A DNA stretch of 20,000 nt from Chiloscyllium plagiosum (GCF_004010195.1 NC_057757.1:1337526-1357525); one strand, 5' to 3'; shown: positions 1 through 10,380, counted from the stretch's first letter. The notes: a model not told the origin generated them from the letters alone. Program-made: numbers and translations.

Positions 1-970
1 TTAGTCTAATGGTGAAAGATACCTAAACATCTCATTAATATTAAAGAATACTGGGGAGGAATTAAGTACCACTACCGTCATTAGCAAGTTAGTATTAAAC
101 AAACTAATGGGGCGAAAAGCAGATTAGTCCCTGATGGCTTGCATCCGAGAATCCTAAAAGAGGTAGCTACAGAGATAATGAATGCATTGATTATAATTCT
201 CCAAAAGTCCTTGGATTCTGGAGAAGATCCAGAAGATTGGAAGACTGCCAACATGACACCCCTATTCAAAACATTTGCCTAATATGTATTGTTAGGAAAG
301 CATTGGAATCAATTATTAAGGAATTAATAGCAGAACATTTGCAAAATCACAATAATCAGCTTGGCTTCATGAAAGGGAAATCATGCCTGATTAATTTATT
401 AAAGCTTTTTGAGGAAATCTTAACCAAAGTGGATAGAATGGAAGCAGTTGATATATTGTATTTGGACTTTCAGAAGGCATTCAACAAGATACTTCACAAA
501 TAGGTTAAGTCATAATGTGAGAGACCATGGTGTTGGAGGTGATATATTCATATGGATAGAAAATTGACTGATGGATAGGAAACAGCGAATGGGGATGAGG
601 AGTTCCTTTTCGGGCTGGTGACCTGTTACCAGTGCGGTTCCACAGGGATCACTGCTGGGACCACAGCTGTATATGATATATTGTCATGATTTGGAGGAAG
701 AAAGGGAATCTGCCAAATTTGCAGGTAACAAAAACAGATGGGAAGGCAGATTGTGAGAGAGATACAAGCACGTTATGGGGAGATATATTTTAGATTAGGT
801 AAGTGGGCAAGAAGTTGGTAAATGTAGTATAATGTGGAAATGTGAAATTGTTCATTTTGATAGCGTGAACTAAAGACTGGAATATTATTTAAATAGAGAA
901 AAACTGCAGAAAGGTGCAACACAAAAGGACTTGGAGGTAATTGTGCACAAAGCTCGTACACAGATGCAGG
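1..970 (+). mobile_element. CR1-clade LINE copy A, ORF2 reverse transcriptase region (decayed), 5' part
   Basis: 130-270 translates PDGLHPRILKEVATEIMNALIIILQKSLDSGEDPEDWKTANMTPLFK. Then QLGFMKGKSCLINLL..VDILYLDFQKAFNK, SAVPQGSLLGP (631-663) and a degenerate KFAGN at the F/YADD position. Contains stops and frameshifts. Confidence 0.93.
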
Positions 971-1273
971 TCACTATAATCTTTTGGAGTTCCCGGAATA
1001 CAGGAGTTGTATCTCAGTATTGGGAATTTCCTTATGTCTTTAAGAAGGTTGACTGAGGGAAACCAGGGAATTACAGACCTGTCCAACCTAACCTCTGTGT
1101 TGGGGAAATTGTTGGAGCTTTTCATCTAGAATAGGGTCACTGGTGACTTCGAAAAATTTTAGTTAAACAGGTACGGTCAGCATAGATTCATGAAGGGTAG
1201 GTCATGTCTGACAAACCTCAGAGATTATTGAAGGGATGACAAAGGTGGTGGACAGGGGTATGTTGATGGATGT

Positions 1274-1411
1274 CGAAAGTGCGGTGCTGGAATAGTACAG
1301 CTGGTCAGGCAGCATCCGAGGAGCAGGAGAATTGACATTTCACCAGGTATGATGAAGCTCTTCACCATTCTTGACTCTGATCTCCAGCATCTGCAGTCCT
1401 CACTTTCTCCC
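1274..1411. mobile_element. Short PLE-derived insertion (two pieces of the element 3' end in opposite orientation) with 16-bp TSD
   Basis: gtatgttgatggatgt (1258-1273) and gtatattgatggatgt (1412-1427) flank it with 1 mismatch. The left part is the reverse complement of the same sequence type as 2970-3025; the right part resembles 3030-3070. Confidence 0.88.
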
Positions 1412-2268
1412 GTATATTGATGGATGTTGTTTATGTGGACTTCATAAAGTCTCACAGAAGAGACTGTTAGCTAAAGTGGAAGCCCCAAAAAATTGAGGGC
1501 AAATTACTGACATGGGATAGAAAATTGGTTGAGTGGCAGGAAGCAGAGAGTTGGAATAATGGGTAAGTACTCAAATTGCCAGGACATGAGGAGTGCTGTC
1601 AATCATTCACAATATTCATAAATTACTTTGATAATATTATTAAAAATCAAATATCCAAATTTTCTGATGACCTAAAATTGGGCAGTAATTGTAGACAGTG
1701 TTGATGGCGGCATAAAATTACAACAGGATATACACAGATTCGGTGAATTTGCAAAGTTGTGGCAGATGGATTTTAATAGAAGCAAATGTGAGGTTATCCA
1801 TTTTGGACTGGAAAAGAATGGATTGGGGCATTAATTTGGAAGGCAGAAAGTTAAATGCAGTGGATGTTCAATAAGATTTGTGAGTTCAGTTGACTAGCTC
1901 TTTAAAATGCCATGAACAAGGATAGAAAATAGTCAAGAAGGCTAATGGCATGCTGGCTTCCATACCATTCCCCCAGACCTCCCCCTCACTGAGGACGAAC
2001 AATCAGTCCTCAGCAAAGGACTCACCTTCATCCCGCTTTGCCCACGCATCAATGAATTTAATACACGCTGTGACGTCGAACACTTCTTCCGCCGCCTCCG
2101 CCTCTGAGCTTACTTTTACAATCAGTACTCCCGCCCACCTTCCGAGGACCCCTTTGTCCACCTCCAACACACTCCATCCACCTCGACACCCCGCGCTGGC
2201 CTATTACCCGCCTTCGACCTCTTCATTTCCAACTGCCACCAAGACATTAACGGCCTCAACCTCCCTCC

Positions 2269-2620
2269 NNNNNNNNNNNNNNNNNNNNNNNNNNNNNNNN
2301 NNNNNNNNNNNNNNNNNNNNNNNNNNNNNNNNNNNNNNNNNNNNNNNNNNNNNNNNNNNNNNNNNNNNNNNNNNNNNNNNNNNNNNNNNNNNNNNNNNNN
2401 NNNNNNNNNNNNNNNNNNNNNNNNNNNNNNNNNNNNNNNNNNNNNNNNNNNNNNNNNNNNNNNNNNNNNNNNNNNNNNNNNNNNNNNNNNNNNNNNNNNN
2501 NNNNNNNNNNNNNNNNNNNNNNNNNNNNNNNNNNNNNNNNNNNNNNNNNNNNNNNNNNNNNNNNNNNNNNNNNNNNNNNNNNNNNNNNNNNNNNNNNNNN
2601 NNNNNNNNNNNNNNNNNNNN
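2269..2620. other. Assembly gap (352 N)
   Basis: Run of N inside the PLE. Confidence 1.
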
Positions 2621-2940
2621 TCCCTCACCACCAGACGCCTGGAGAAAGAACACCTCATCTTCTGCCTCGGAACACTTCAACCCCGGGGCATCAATGTGGA
2701 CTTCACCAGTTTCCTCATTCCCCCTTCCCCTACCTCACCCCAGTTCCAAACTTTCAGCTCAGCACTGTCCCCATGACTTGTCTTACCTGCCTATCTTCTT
2801 TTCCACTTATCCACTCCACCCTCCTCCCTGACCTATCACCTCCATCCCCTCCCCCACTCACCTATTGTACTCTATGCTACTTTCTCCCCAACCCCACCCT
2901 CCTCTCATTTATCTCTCCACTCTGCAGGCACTCTGCCTCT

Positions 2941-2976
2941 ATTCCTGATGAAGGGCTTTTGCCCGAAAAGTCGATT
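2941..2976 (+). ncRNA. Minimal type I hammerhead ribozyme motif (family 1), stem III palindrome mutated
   Basis: attc CTGATGA A GGGC TTTT GCCC GAAA AGTC gatt. Core and stem II are intact; AAGT replaces the palindromic ACGT. Confidence 0.75.
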
Positions 2977-3683
2977 TTCCTGCTCCTCGGATGCTGCCTG
3001 AACTGCTGTGCTTTTCCAGCACCACTCTAATCTCGAATCTGGTTTCCAGCATTTGCAGTCCTTGTTTTTACCTCCATATCTAAAGGGCTGGATTTATGAA
3101 TGCAGATATTATGCTGCAGTTATACAACACACTAGTTAGACCCCACTTAAAGTACAATGAGCAGATCTTGGCACAACACCATAAGAAGGATACTTTGGCC
3201 TAGAGGGAGTTCAACGCAGGTTTGCAAGGATGTTACCTGGACTTCAGTGGTTACATTATGAGGAGGGATTAGGCAAATTAGGCCTTTATTCTCTAGAATT
3301 AAGAAGGTTAATTGGTGATCTAATTGAGGTGTTCAGGATATTAGCAGGGAAAGACAGGGTGGATAAAGATAAACTATTGCCACTGGTTGAAGATTCTAGA
3401 AATGGGGGCATAGTCTAAGAATTAAAGCCAGGCCATTCAGGAGAGATGTTAGAAAGTACTTCTACACACAAGGAGCACACAGGAGGTTTGGAACCCTCTT
3501 CCTCAAATGGTGGTCAATGCTCACTCAGTTGTTAAATTCCGACTTAGACAATTTTTTTTATTAAGCAAGGATTATGGCCCCAAGCCAGGCACATGGTGTT
3601 AGGCCACAGATCAGCCTTGATCTGACGGAATGGCAGAGTTGGCGCAAGGGGCTGCATGGTTTCCTCCTGTTCCTATACTCCTA

Positions 3684-4310
3684 GTCAGGAAGGCTAATAG
3701 TGTTGGCATTGGAGAGTAAGAGTAGGGGAGCAACTGTACAATGTGCTGATGAAACTACATCTGGAGCACCGCGAGCAGTTTTGCTCCCCTTATTTAAGGA
3801 AAAATATCATTTCATTGGAGGCAGTTCATAGAAGGCTCACGAGGGTGACCATTTGCATGGGGTAGAGTCTTATGAACAAAGGCTAAACAGGTTGGGACTC
3901 AATTTACTGGAAATTCCAAGAATGAGAGATGATCTCATTGAAATATATCAGATTCATAAGCGCTTGACAAGGTCAATGCTGACAGGATGTTTCCCCTCAT
4001 GGGAGGGTCTTGGACAAGAGGACACTGTCTCAGAATAAATGGGCACCAATTTCAGCCTGAGATGAGGAGGAATTTCTTCTCTGAAAGAGTTGGAACTCCT
4101 TGCCAGAGAGAGCTGTGGTGGCAGAGTCTTTGTGTATATTTAAGGCTGAGATAGAGAGATTCTTGATCAATGGAGGAAATAAGGGTTATGAGGAAAATGC
4201 AGGAAAGTGGGTGTGAGGCATGTCAGATCAGCCATGAGCCTATTGAAAGGCAGAGCAGGCTTGATGGGTCAAACCAAGTGCTCTGTTGCTATTTTAATGA
4301 TCTGATGGCC
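3684..4310 (+). mobile_element. CR1 copy A, 3' continuation to tail
   Basis: Resumes VRKAN where 1-970 stops (KDLEVIVH..QMQ). Has SYEQRLNRLGLNLLEIPRMRDDLIEIY and a CR1 3' tail near 4225-4305. Confidence 0.82.
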
Positions 4311-4314
4311 TTTT

Positions 4315-4425
4315 GATAGGAGATTTGAATATTCAGAAGGAATTTCTTAAGGGTTGGCATTAAGAAGTTGTTTCCATTTGTGTGAATACAACAACTAAGG
4401 CACTATAAATATCAGGTAGTCATTA
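4315..4425 (+). mobile_element. Older CR1 3' fragment C, left piece (continues at 5587)
   Basis: Colinear with 10025-10130, e.g. the shared gttgtttccatttgtgtgaataca. Confidence 0.75.
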
Positions 4426-5382
4426 GGGTTTGAGATATAAGGAGAGGCTGGATAAACCATGACTTACAAAGAACATTCCAGCACTGGAAGAGGCCCTTTG
4501 GCCCTCCAAGCCCATGCCGATCCAGATCCTCTATCTAAACCTGCCACCTATTTTCTAAGGATCTGTATCCCTCTGCTCCCTGCCCATTCATGTATCTGTC
4601 TAGATACATCTTAAATGACGCTATCGTTCCCGCCCCTACCACCTCCACTGGCAACGCATTCCAGGCCCCCACCAGCCTCTGCCTGAAGAACTTTGCACAT
4701 ATATTTCCCCCTAAACCTTTCCCCTCTCACTTTGAACTCGTGACCCCTAGTAATTGACTCCTCCACTCTGGGAAAAAGTTTCTTCTATCCAACCTCTCAT
4801 GATTTTGTAGGCCTCAATCAGGTCCCCCCTCAGCTTCCTTGATTCCAATGAAAATAATCCTAATCTACTCAACCTCTCCTATAGCTAGCACCCTCCATAC
4901 CAGGCAACATCCTGGTGAACCTCCTCTGCACCCTCTCTAAAACATCCACATCCTTTTGGTAATGTGGCGACCAGAACTGTCTGCAGTATACCTTTTTTCA
5001 CTGGAGAATAGGAGGCCGTGGGGTGACCTTATGGAAGTTTATAAAATCATGAGGGGCATAGATAAAGCCTTAGGGTTGGGGAGTTTAAACCTAGGAGGTA
5101 TAATTTTATGGTGAGAGGAGAATGATTTAAAGGGAATCTGAGGGGCAGCTTTTTCACACAGAGGGTGGTTCATATGTGGAGTAAACTGCCAGAGGAAGTC
5201 GTTGATGCAGATGCAGTTAAAACATTTAAAAGACATTTGGACGGGTACATGAATAGGAAAGGTTTGGAAGGATAGGGCCAAATGCAAGCAAATGGACTAG
5301 TTTAGCTTGCGAAACTTGGTTGTTATGGACAAGTTGAACCAAAGGGCCTGTTTCTGTGCTGTATGATTCTATGACTCAATGA
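4426..5382 (+). mobile_element. CR1 3' fragment D, interrupted at 4461-4990
   Basis: GLRYKERLDK (4426-4456) continues as LFSLENRRPWGDLMEVYKIMRGIDK (from about 4992). Tail gggcctgtttctgtgctgtatgattctatgactc. Confidence 0.85.
4461..4990 (-). mobile_element. CR1 3' fragment E, antisense, nested in D
   Basis: The reverse complement reads tactgcagacagttctggtcgccacattaccaaaaggatgtggatg (YCRQFWSPHYQKDVD) through to a CR1 tail (ggccaaagggcctcttccagtgctgg). Confidence 0.88.
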
Positions 5383-5573
5383 TTTGGAGATGCTGGTGTT
5401 GGACTGGGGTGTACAAAGTTAAAAATCACACACCACCAGGTTATAGTCCAACAGGTTTAATTTGAAGCACTAGCTTTCGGAGCGCTGCTCCTTCATCAGG
5501 AGCGATGCTCTGAAAACTAGTGCTTCCAATTAAACCTGTTGGACTATAACCTGATGTTGTGTGATTTTTAACT
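5383..5573. mobile_element. PLE-derived fold-back element (family 2) with perfect 13-bp TSD
   Basis: Inverted arms 5416-5491 and 5499-5573. tatgactcaatga occurs at 5370-5382 and 5574-5586. An extra 33 nt at the left is the probable element 3' terminus on the minus strand. Confidence 0.88.
5467..5500 (-). ncRNA. Minimal type I hammerhead ribozyme motif (family 2)
   Basis: Minus strand: c CTGATGA A GGAGC AGC GCTCC GAAA GCTA gtgc. Core intact with palindromic AGCT; predicted cleavage between 5471 and 5470. The 5' strand of stem I is clipped by the inversion junction. Confidence 0.78.
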
Positions 5574-5586
5574 TATGACTCAATGA

Positions 5587-5848
5587 GTAATATATCCCTT
5601 ACAGAATTCAGGAGAAATGTCTTTACTCAGACAGTTATGAGAATGTGGAACTTGTTCTCACAGGCAGTGACGAATATTGATGCATTTAAAGGTGAAGTTG
5701 GACATGCATGCGAGGGTAAAAGAATGAGAAAGATCTGCTGATCAGGTGAAATGAACAGGAGGGGTGGAAGGAGGATTGTGTGCTGCAGAAACACCAGCAC
5801 AGAGCAAGTGGGCAACATGGCCTCATTCCGAGATGCAAATGACTTTCT
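5587..5848 (+). mobile_element. Older CR1 3' fragment C, right piece and tail
   Basis: ttcaggagaaatgtctttactcagacagttatgagaatgtggaac (FRRNVFTQTVMRMWN), colinear with 10130-10380. Confidence 0.78.
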
Positions 5849-6254
5849 GAGCAGACTTTCAAGGGTGGGCCCATTTGGCCCCTCAAACCTCTTCCAGATC
5901 ACAGGAAACTCCACTCACCTGTCTGTCATTCCATATCTTCTTGATGCCCCCACCTGACAAAGTGGTGACAAGTCCCACTAGGCCACCATCAATAGACACA
6001 TAGCAACAGTGGGGCGGGGCAGGGTGTGGAGGGGGTGAACCAAGTCTGAAGTGCAGCAACGTGACGTGTTGGTTGCTGTTTACTGAACCTTGCACAAGGA
6101 CCTCTGTGACACACCCAGTAAACTGCACATGGTGATTCCAATCTGATCAAAGATCTAGTCAAGGACATTCTTGACTGCTCCACTTAACTGAAAATGTTGG
6201 TGCTTATTGTGTTTCTTTTGTCCCCACACCCGAATTCATGAGACAAGGTAAGAC

Positions 6255-6427
6255 GCAGAAACAGAAACTGAAATTACTGGAGAAATTCAGCAAGTCTGGT
6301 ACATAGATTTTGACTACCTGAAAGATTAACACAACTTTCTCTCCATAGACACAGTCAGACTTGCTGTGTGTCTCCAGCATTTTCTGCTTCTGTTCTTTAA
6401 CATCTCCAGCCGTACTTTGTTTTATTT
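6255..6427. mobile_element. Old PLE-like fold-back element (family 3)
   Basis: ctggagaaattcagcaagtctgg (6277-6299) is inverted relative to cagacttgctgtgtgtctccag (6356-6378). The element is absent from the duplicated copy near 10580. Confidence 0.65.
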
Positions 6428-6521
6428 TAAGATAACATTCAGTTGACTGACAGAAAAGTTTGCAAAACTCAGTTTTTTTCTAGCTGGTTATATGTTAAGT
6501 ATGAATTCAATTTAAGTGATA

Positions 6522-6607
6522 TCAGAAACACAGAACTCTGGAGAAACTCAGCAGATCAGGTCGCATCTGTGACAGAATTTGTTTTGAATCCAACTCTTCT
6601 TCAGAAC
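6522..6607 (-). mobile_element. Old family-3 fragment ending at a degenerate hammerhead 5' core
   Basis: ctggagaaactcagcagatcagg...; the minus strand starts agttCTGAAGAagagt. It lies at the position corresponding to 10662-10765. Confidence 0.6.
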
Positions 6608-7175
6608 TGCATTCTTTTTTAATACCGTTGACAAAGGGGAAAGAGAAATCTCTTGGTTTTATTCTCATTGTTTTTGTTCCACTTTATATCTGCTTGGGGA
6701 CCAATAATTTTATTTTTAAAGTAAGTTAGCAGCCGAGAGAGTTGCAAGGTTGCAGGATAGCTCAGTTTTTAAGTTCTGCAAGAGCTGAACTCGTGGTGTT
6801 CTGAATTGCTGATAATGAAAACCGGCAGGTTTTCCAACAGCATTGGCAGCCTCATTGCTGATGAGCCTCACTAGCTATCATTGGTTGAGTTGGGCACTTG
6901 GCATTCTACAGAACGGCCACACCCTGAAACTGTCAGTGAAGTTACCTGAAAGTGTGTTGGCAGTAGATTTGATGACAACTTCCAATAGGGTTTCGAACAT
7001 ATACTTGAAAAGGAAGAATTTGCAGAGCTGTGAAAAGAACAGTGAAGTTAGATTTATTGGATAGGTCATTCAACTGGCATGAACAGGAAGGATCAAACAT
7101 TGGGCAATAAGATTTCATATAAATTCACACAGACATGTATTTTTTATCCAATACACATATCTATTTCATGTATAT

Positions 7176-7382
7176 AGAACATAGGACATGACAGCGCAGG
7201 ACAGGCCCTTCGGCCCTCGATGTTGCGCCGACCTGTGGAACCAATCTGAAGCTCATCTATCCTAAACTATTCCATTCCCATCCATATATTTATCCAATGA
7301 CCATTTAAATGCCCTCTACTACTATTGAGTCTTCTACTATTGCAGGTAATGCGTTTCATTCCCCACTACTCTCTGAGTTAAC
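7176..7382 (-). mobile_element. CR1 3' tail fragment
   Basis: agaacataggacatgacagcgcaggacaggcccttcggccc is the reverse complement of a CR1 tail. Possible TSD tgtatat at 7169-7175 / 7383-7389. Confidence 0.8.
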
Positions 7383-7512
7383 TGTATATTGATATTACCC
7401 TATTTTTACATATATAACATTATTTATAGGTTCAAATATTAAACTAGAAGTAATTTATCTTTGACAATCATGCTTAATTGATTTAATTGAGTTTTTAAAA
7501 CAAATAAGTGCG

Positions 7513-7645
7513 TATGCAGGAGATCTGAAATAAAAACAAATTGCTTGTGAAATGTTTTGGTTCGGTAACTTGAAATGTTACCTCTGCTTCCTTCCCACAG
7601 ATGCTGCCGGATCTGCTGAGTTTCACCGGCAATTTCTGTTTTTGA
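7513..7645. mobile_element. Old family-3 PLE-like fragment with a short inverted left arm
   Basis: tgaaatgttacctctgcttccttcccacagatgctgccggatctgctgagtttcaccggcaatttctgttttt matches the arms at 6255-6427 and 10662-10838. Confidence 0.65.
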
Positions 7646-7649
7646 TTGG

Positions 7650-8190
7650 GTTTTTGGATGAGTAACAAAGAGAGTTGATCATGGTAGTGCCATTAATGTG
7701 ATCTGCACGGATTCAGAAAAGATGTTTGATAAAGTGCCAGATCACAGACACGTTCGCAAATTAGCAGCTCCTTGGAATAAAAGGGACAATGACAGCATGA
7801 CTGAGCAACAGGAAGTACAGTAGCGGGGATTGGGTATTTGTCAGACTGCAGGGTTGTACACACAACAATTTCCCAGGCATTGCCAATAGGACCACTGCCT
7901 TCCTTGATTAATGCTCCTGACTTGCACAGAGGGTGGGCTTTCAACATTTGCCTATGACACAAAACCTTGCGAACTCTGAAGAGAAGTGATAGATTTCAAG
8001 AAGGCACAGGATGATGGGTTTGGAAGACAGATGGCAGATTAAATTTAATTCTGAGAAGTGTAAAGTGATGCATTTTGATAACAAGTACGAAGAAGGGCAT
8101 TTTAAAATAAAGAATCCAATTGTAAAGGTTGCGCAGATAGACCTAAGCATAAACCATTGAAGCAGACAGCTTAGGTTGAGAAAGTGGATA
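7650..8190 (+). mobile_element. Highly decayed CR1 RT fragment
   Basis: VTKRVDHGSAINVICTDSEKMFDKVPD from about 7662, and DRWQIKFNSEKCKVMHF at about 8026-8076. Confidence 0.78.
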
Positions 8191-8197
8191 ATTAGGC

Positions 8198-8262
8198 AGT
8201 TAACTCTTTCTGTCTCCACGGAACTGCCAGACCCACTGAATTTCTCCAGCGCTTTGTTTTAA
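8198..8262 (+). mobile_element. Old family-3 PLE-like 3' fragment
   Basis: gttaactctttctgtctccacggaactgccagacccactgaatttctccagcgctttgtttt. Confidence 0.6.
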
Positions 8263-8739
8263 GAGTGATCTACTCAGTTGTCTGAAACCATGACGGAGAA
8301 AGTTCCGAACCACCTTCTCAGAGTAATTAAGGATGAGCGATAAATCCAAGGAAAGAGATGAATGGCTGTCTGGTAGTGAGTAATGTAAAGCATTGTTCTG
8401 TGACATCATGGTGAAATAACTGACCTGTCAGTAACCATCCTTCAGTTTAAAATGCCAGTTTCCAACAGCATCCGCAGCACGGCTAGTGGAAATAGCTCTG
8501 GATAAATGTATCTTCGGAAAAGCTGACGTGAATCATTCCCAGGACTTGTTAAGTTGGCATGCATGAATACTATGTGATACCAGAAATGGAGAGCCAGTTG
8601 TTCAGCTCGGAATGGAATAGAAGTGCATGTGACATCTTAGGAAGGTGTAATTAAATAGTCACAATATATAAAGATTCAATGTCAACTTTTAAAAAAAAGG
8701 GTGGTGGGAGGTTAATATATTTAACTGTAATAAGTCAGC

Positions 8740-8866
8740 CCACAGCACGTGGACTGCAGCGATTCAAGATGGCAGCTAACCACCACCTTCTCAAGAGGCA
8801 AACAGGGATGGTCTATTAATGCTGGCCAGCCAGCAACACCCAAATCCCACAAATGAATAAAGAAAA
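8740..8866 (+). mobile_element. 3' tail of the LINE family seen at 18605-19215
   Basis: gtggactgcagcgattcaagatggcagct is identical at 8749-8777 and 19120-19148; ends atgaataaagaaaa. Confidence 0.85.
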
Positions 8867-9069
8867 GTGAGGGAATCTGTATATGTGCAACAATGTGAAC
8901 AAAATAATGTACATTGACAACAACGTCAATAGGACTTCTGTAACATGCCAGTGGTTTACCATCTGGTCCCTCCAATTCGAGGCTACTGAGCTGAATTACT
9001 CACCCAAAGGATCAAACCTTTTCCCACTGTATAGAATCCCAATGGATCAAACCTCCTCCCAATCACTCT

Positions 9070-9225
9070 CAAACGGATACCCTGGTACAATATTTATTCC
9101 TCAGATAGTATCACTAACAACAGATTATTTGATTGTCTATGGGAGTTTGCTACACAGATACTGGCTCTTACAACAGGAGACTGATGACTCTTCAAATTCA
9201 CTTCATTCCTTGGCATATCTTAAAT
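9070..9225 (+). mobile_element. DeuSINE (SacSINE1-like) core fragment, old
   Basis: cctggtacaatatttattcctcagatagtatcactaacaacagattatttg...tatgggagtttgctacacagatactggct resembles the Deu domain. Confidence 0.6.
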
Positions 9226-9959
9226 GCTGTAAAACCACTATCGGAATTATTTCTCATTTATGTTCTTCTCTGAAGAACTACTTTTTTTTTACCATACTTT
9301 GTGTTAATTCTTCTTTGAATTCTACATTGACGTTTCTACCAGAGTTTACCAAATAAATTAATCTGTAATTACCATTCTGCTAATAGTGGTGGTGCTGTTG
9401 TCCCACAGTATTGCCTCTGTCTGCAACTCATTGGAGAGAGAGAGAGATACTCCACACAATTTATAGTGAATGCCACCAAAAGATGTACAAGGAATGAAGG
9501 AAAATGATGTCATGGCCAGACAATGATACTGCCATGTACTGGAAGCTAGTTTAATGGCTTTTTTGGCAGCTGGAGGTGTGGGATATCAAGTGCAGTTACC
9601 AAATTCCCCTGGGCACAAGTTCCATGGCTCACAGGTAGTACAGTGTCCAGGTGCTCCAACTCACCACTCTTTGGCGCCAGCCTCCTTACCCTGAGCTGGT
9701 GACACCAGTATATGCATGCGCGGAGGCTTCCTGCGGGTTCTCGTTGCCAGCCAATGTCACGTCCCGCAAGTGGAGAGGGCACTCAGGACTAGTTATCATA
9801 GAGCAACCCTCCCACCACACAAGCTTTCAGTTCTGTGATGTATGTCGAGTCTCCTCAAACTCAGTCCAAACACAACCCAACTCCTGAGTGAAGTGCGAAC
9901 CTAGCAGATCGCACAATGTGAGATTAAATCAAACAAGCTTAGTCTGGTTTGCAGTTCTA

Positions 9960-10380
9960 CATATCAGGAAAGGCTGAACAGGCTGACATTCTTTTCTGCA
10001 ATAAAGTGAAGGCTGAGGGTTAAAGGATAGAAGACGTTAATATTCAGAAGGGGTTTTCACAGGGTTGGCGTAAAGACGTTGTTTCCATTTGTGTGAATAC
10101 AGTAGCTATGACACTACAAATATCAGGCACTAATAAATCCCTTGGGGGATTCAGGAGAAACATATTTACTCAGAACGTGGAACTTGCTCCCACAGGGAGT
10201 CACTGAGGTGCCTCATGTTGACGCATTTAATGGGGAAGATGGATAAGCACATGAGGGCAAAAGGGTGAGAAGGACATGCTGATGGGGTGAGGTCAAAGGT
10301 GGGAAGAGGTGGAGGGGATGGAAGGAGCAGAAACACCAGCACAGAGCAGAGGCATGATTTCAAGCTGCCAATATCTTTCT
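9960..10380 (+). mobile_element. Older CR1 3' fragment (paralogue of fragment C)
   Basis: ERLNRLTFFS at 9968, then colinear with 4315-4425 plus 5587-5848. Confidence 0.78.

Larger units (their letters stand above)
1965..3070 (+). mobile_element. Penelope-like retroelement (N-terminal pre-RT region, gap, GIY-YIG C-terminus, 3' repeat with hammerhead motif)
   Basis: IPPDLPLTEDEQSVLSKGLTFIPLCPRINEFNTRCDVEHFFRRLRL*AYF matches the PLE LSKGLxFxP motif. After the gap, RRLEKEHLIFCLGTLQPRGIN is a GIY-YIG C-terminal E..I..L.T..P.G.N motif. TSD cttccata (1957-1964) / cctccata (3071-3078); CR1 copy B reads through when the insert is removed. Confidence 0.9.
971..3683 (+). mobile_element. CR1-clade LINE copy B (5'-truncated RT to 3' tail), inserted into copy A and itself interrupted twice by PLE sequence
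   Basis: GKPGNYRPV at about 1058-1083, HRFMKGRSCLT at 1181, SKFSDDLKL at about 1654-1680, MLPGLQWLHYEEGLGKLGLYSLELRRLIGDLIEVF at 3230, and a CR1-type 3' tail ending ...cctcctgttcctatactccta. Confidence 0.9.

Noticed and set aside
1950..2831. 293-aa, 178-aa and 158-aa ORFs
   Set aside because: They are open only because of the N run, and are not the PLE coding frame.
6244..6253. Splice donor-like caag|gtaaga
   Set aside because: It sits at the edge of the 6255-6427 insert and resembles aagataac on the other side, so it is probably a decayed TSD. No supported exon.
8883..9356. 157-aa ORF
   Set aside because: Non-ATG start, runs through a DeuSINE relic and T-rich sequence, no recognisable domain.
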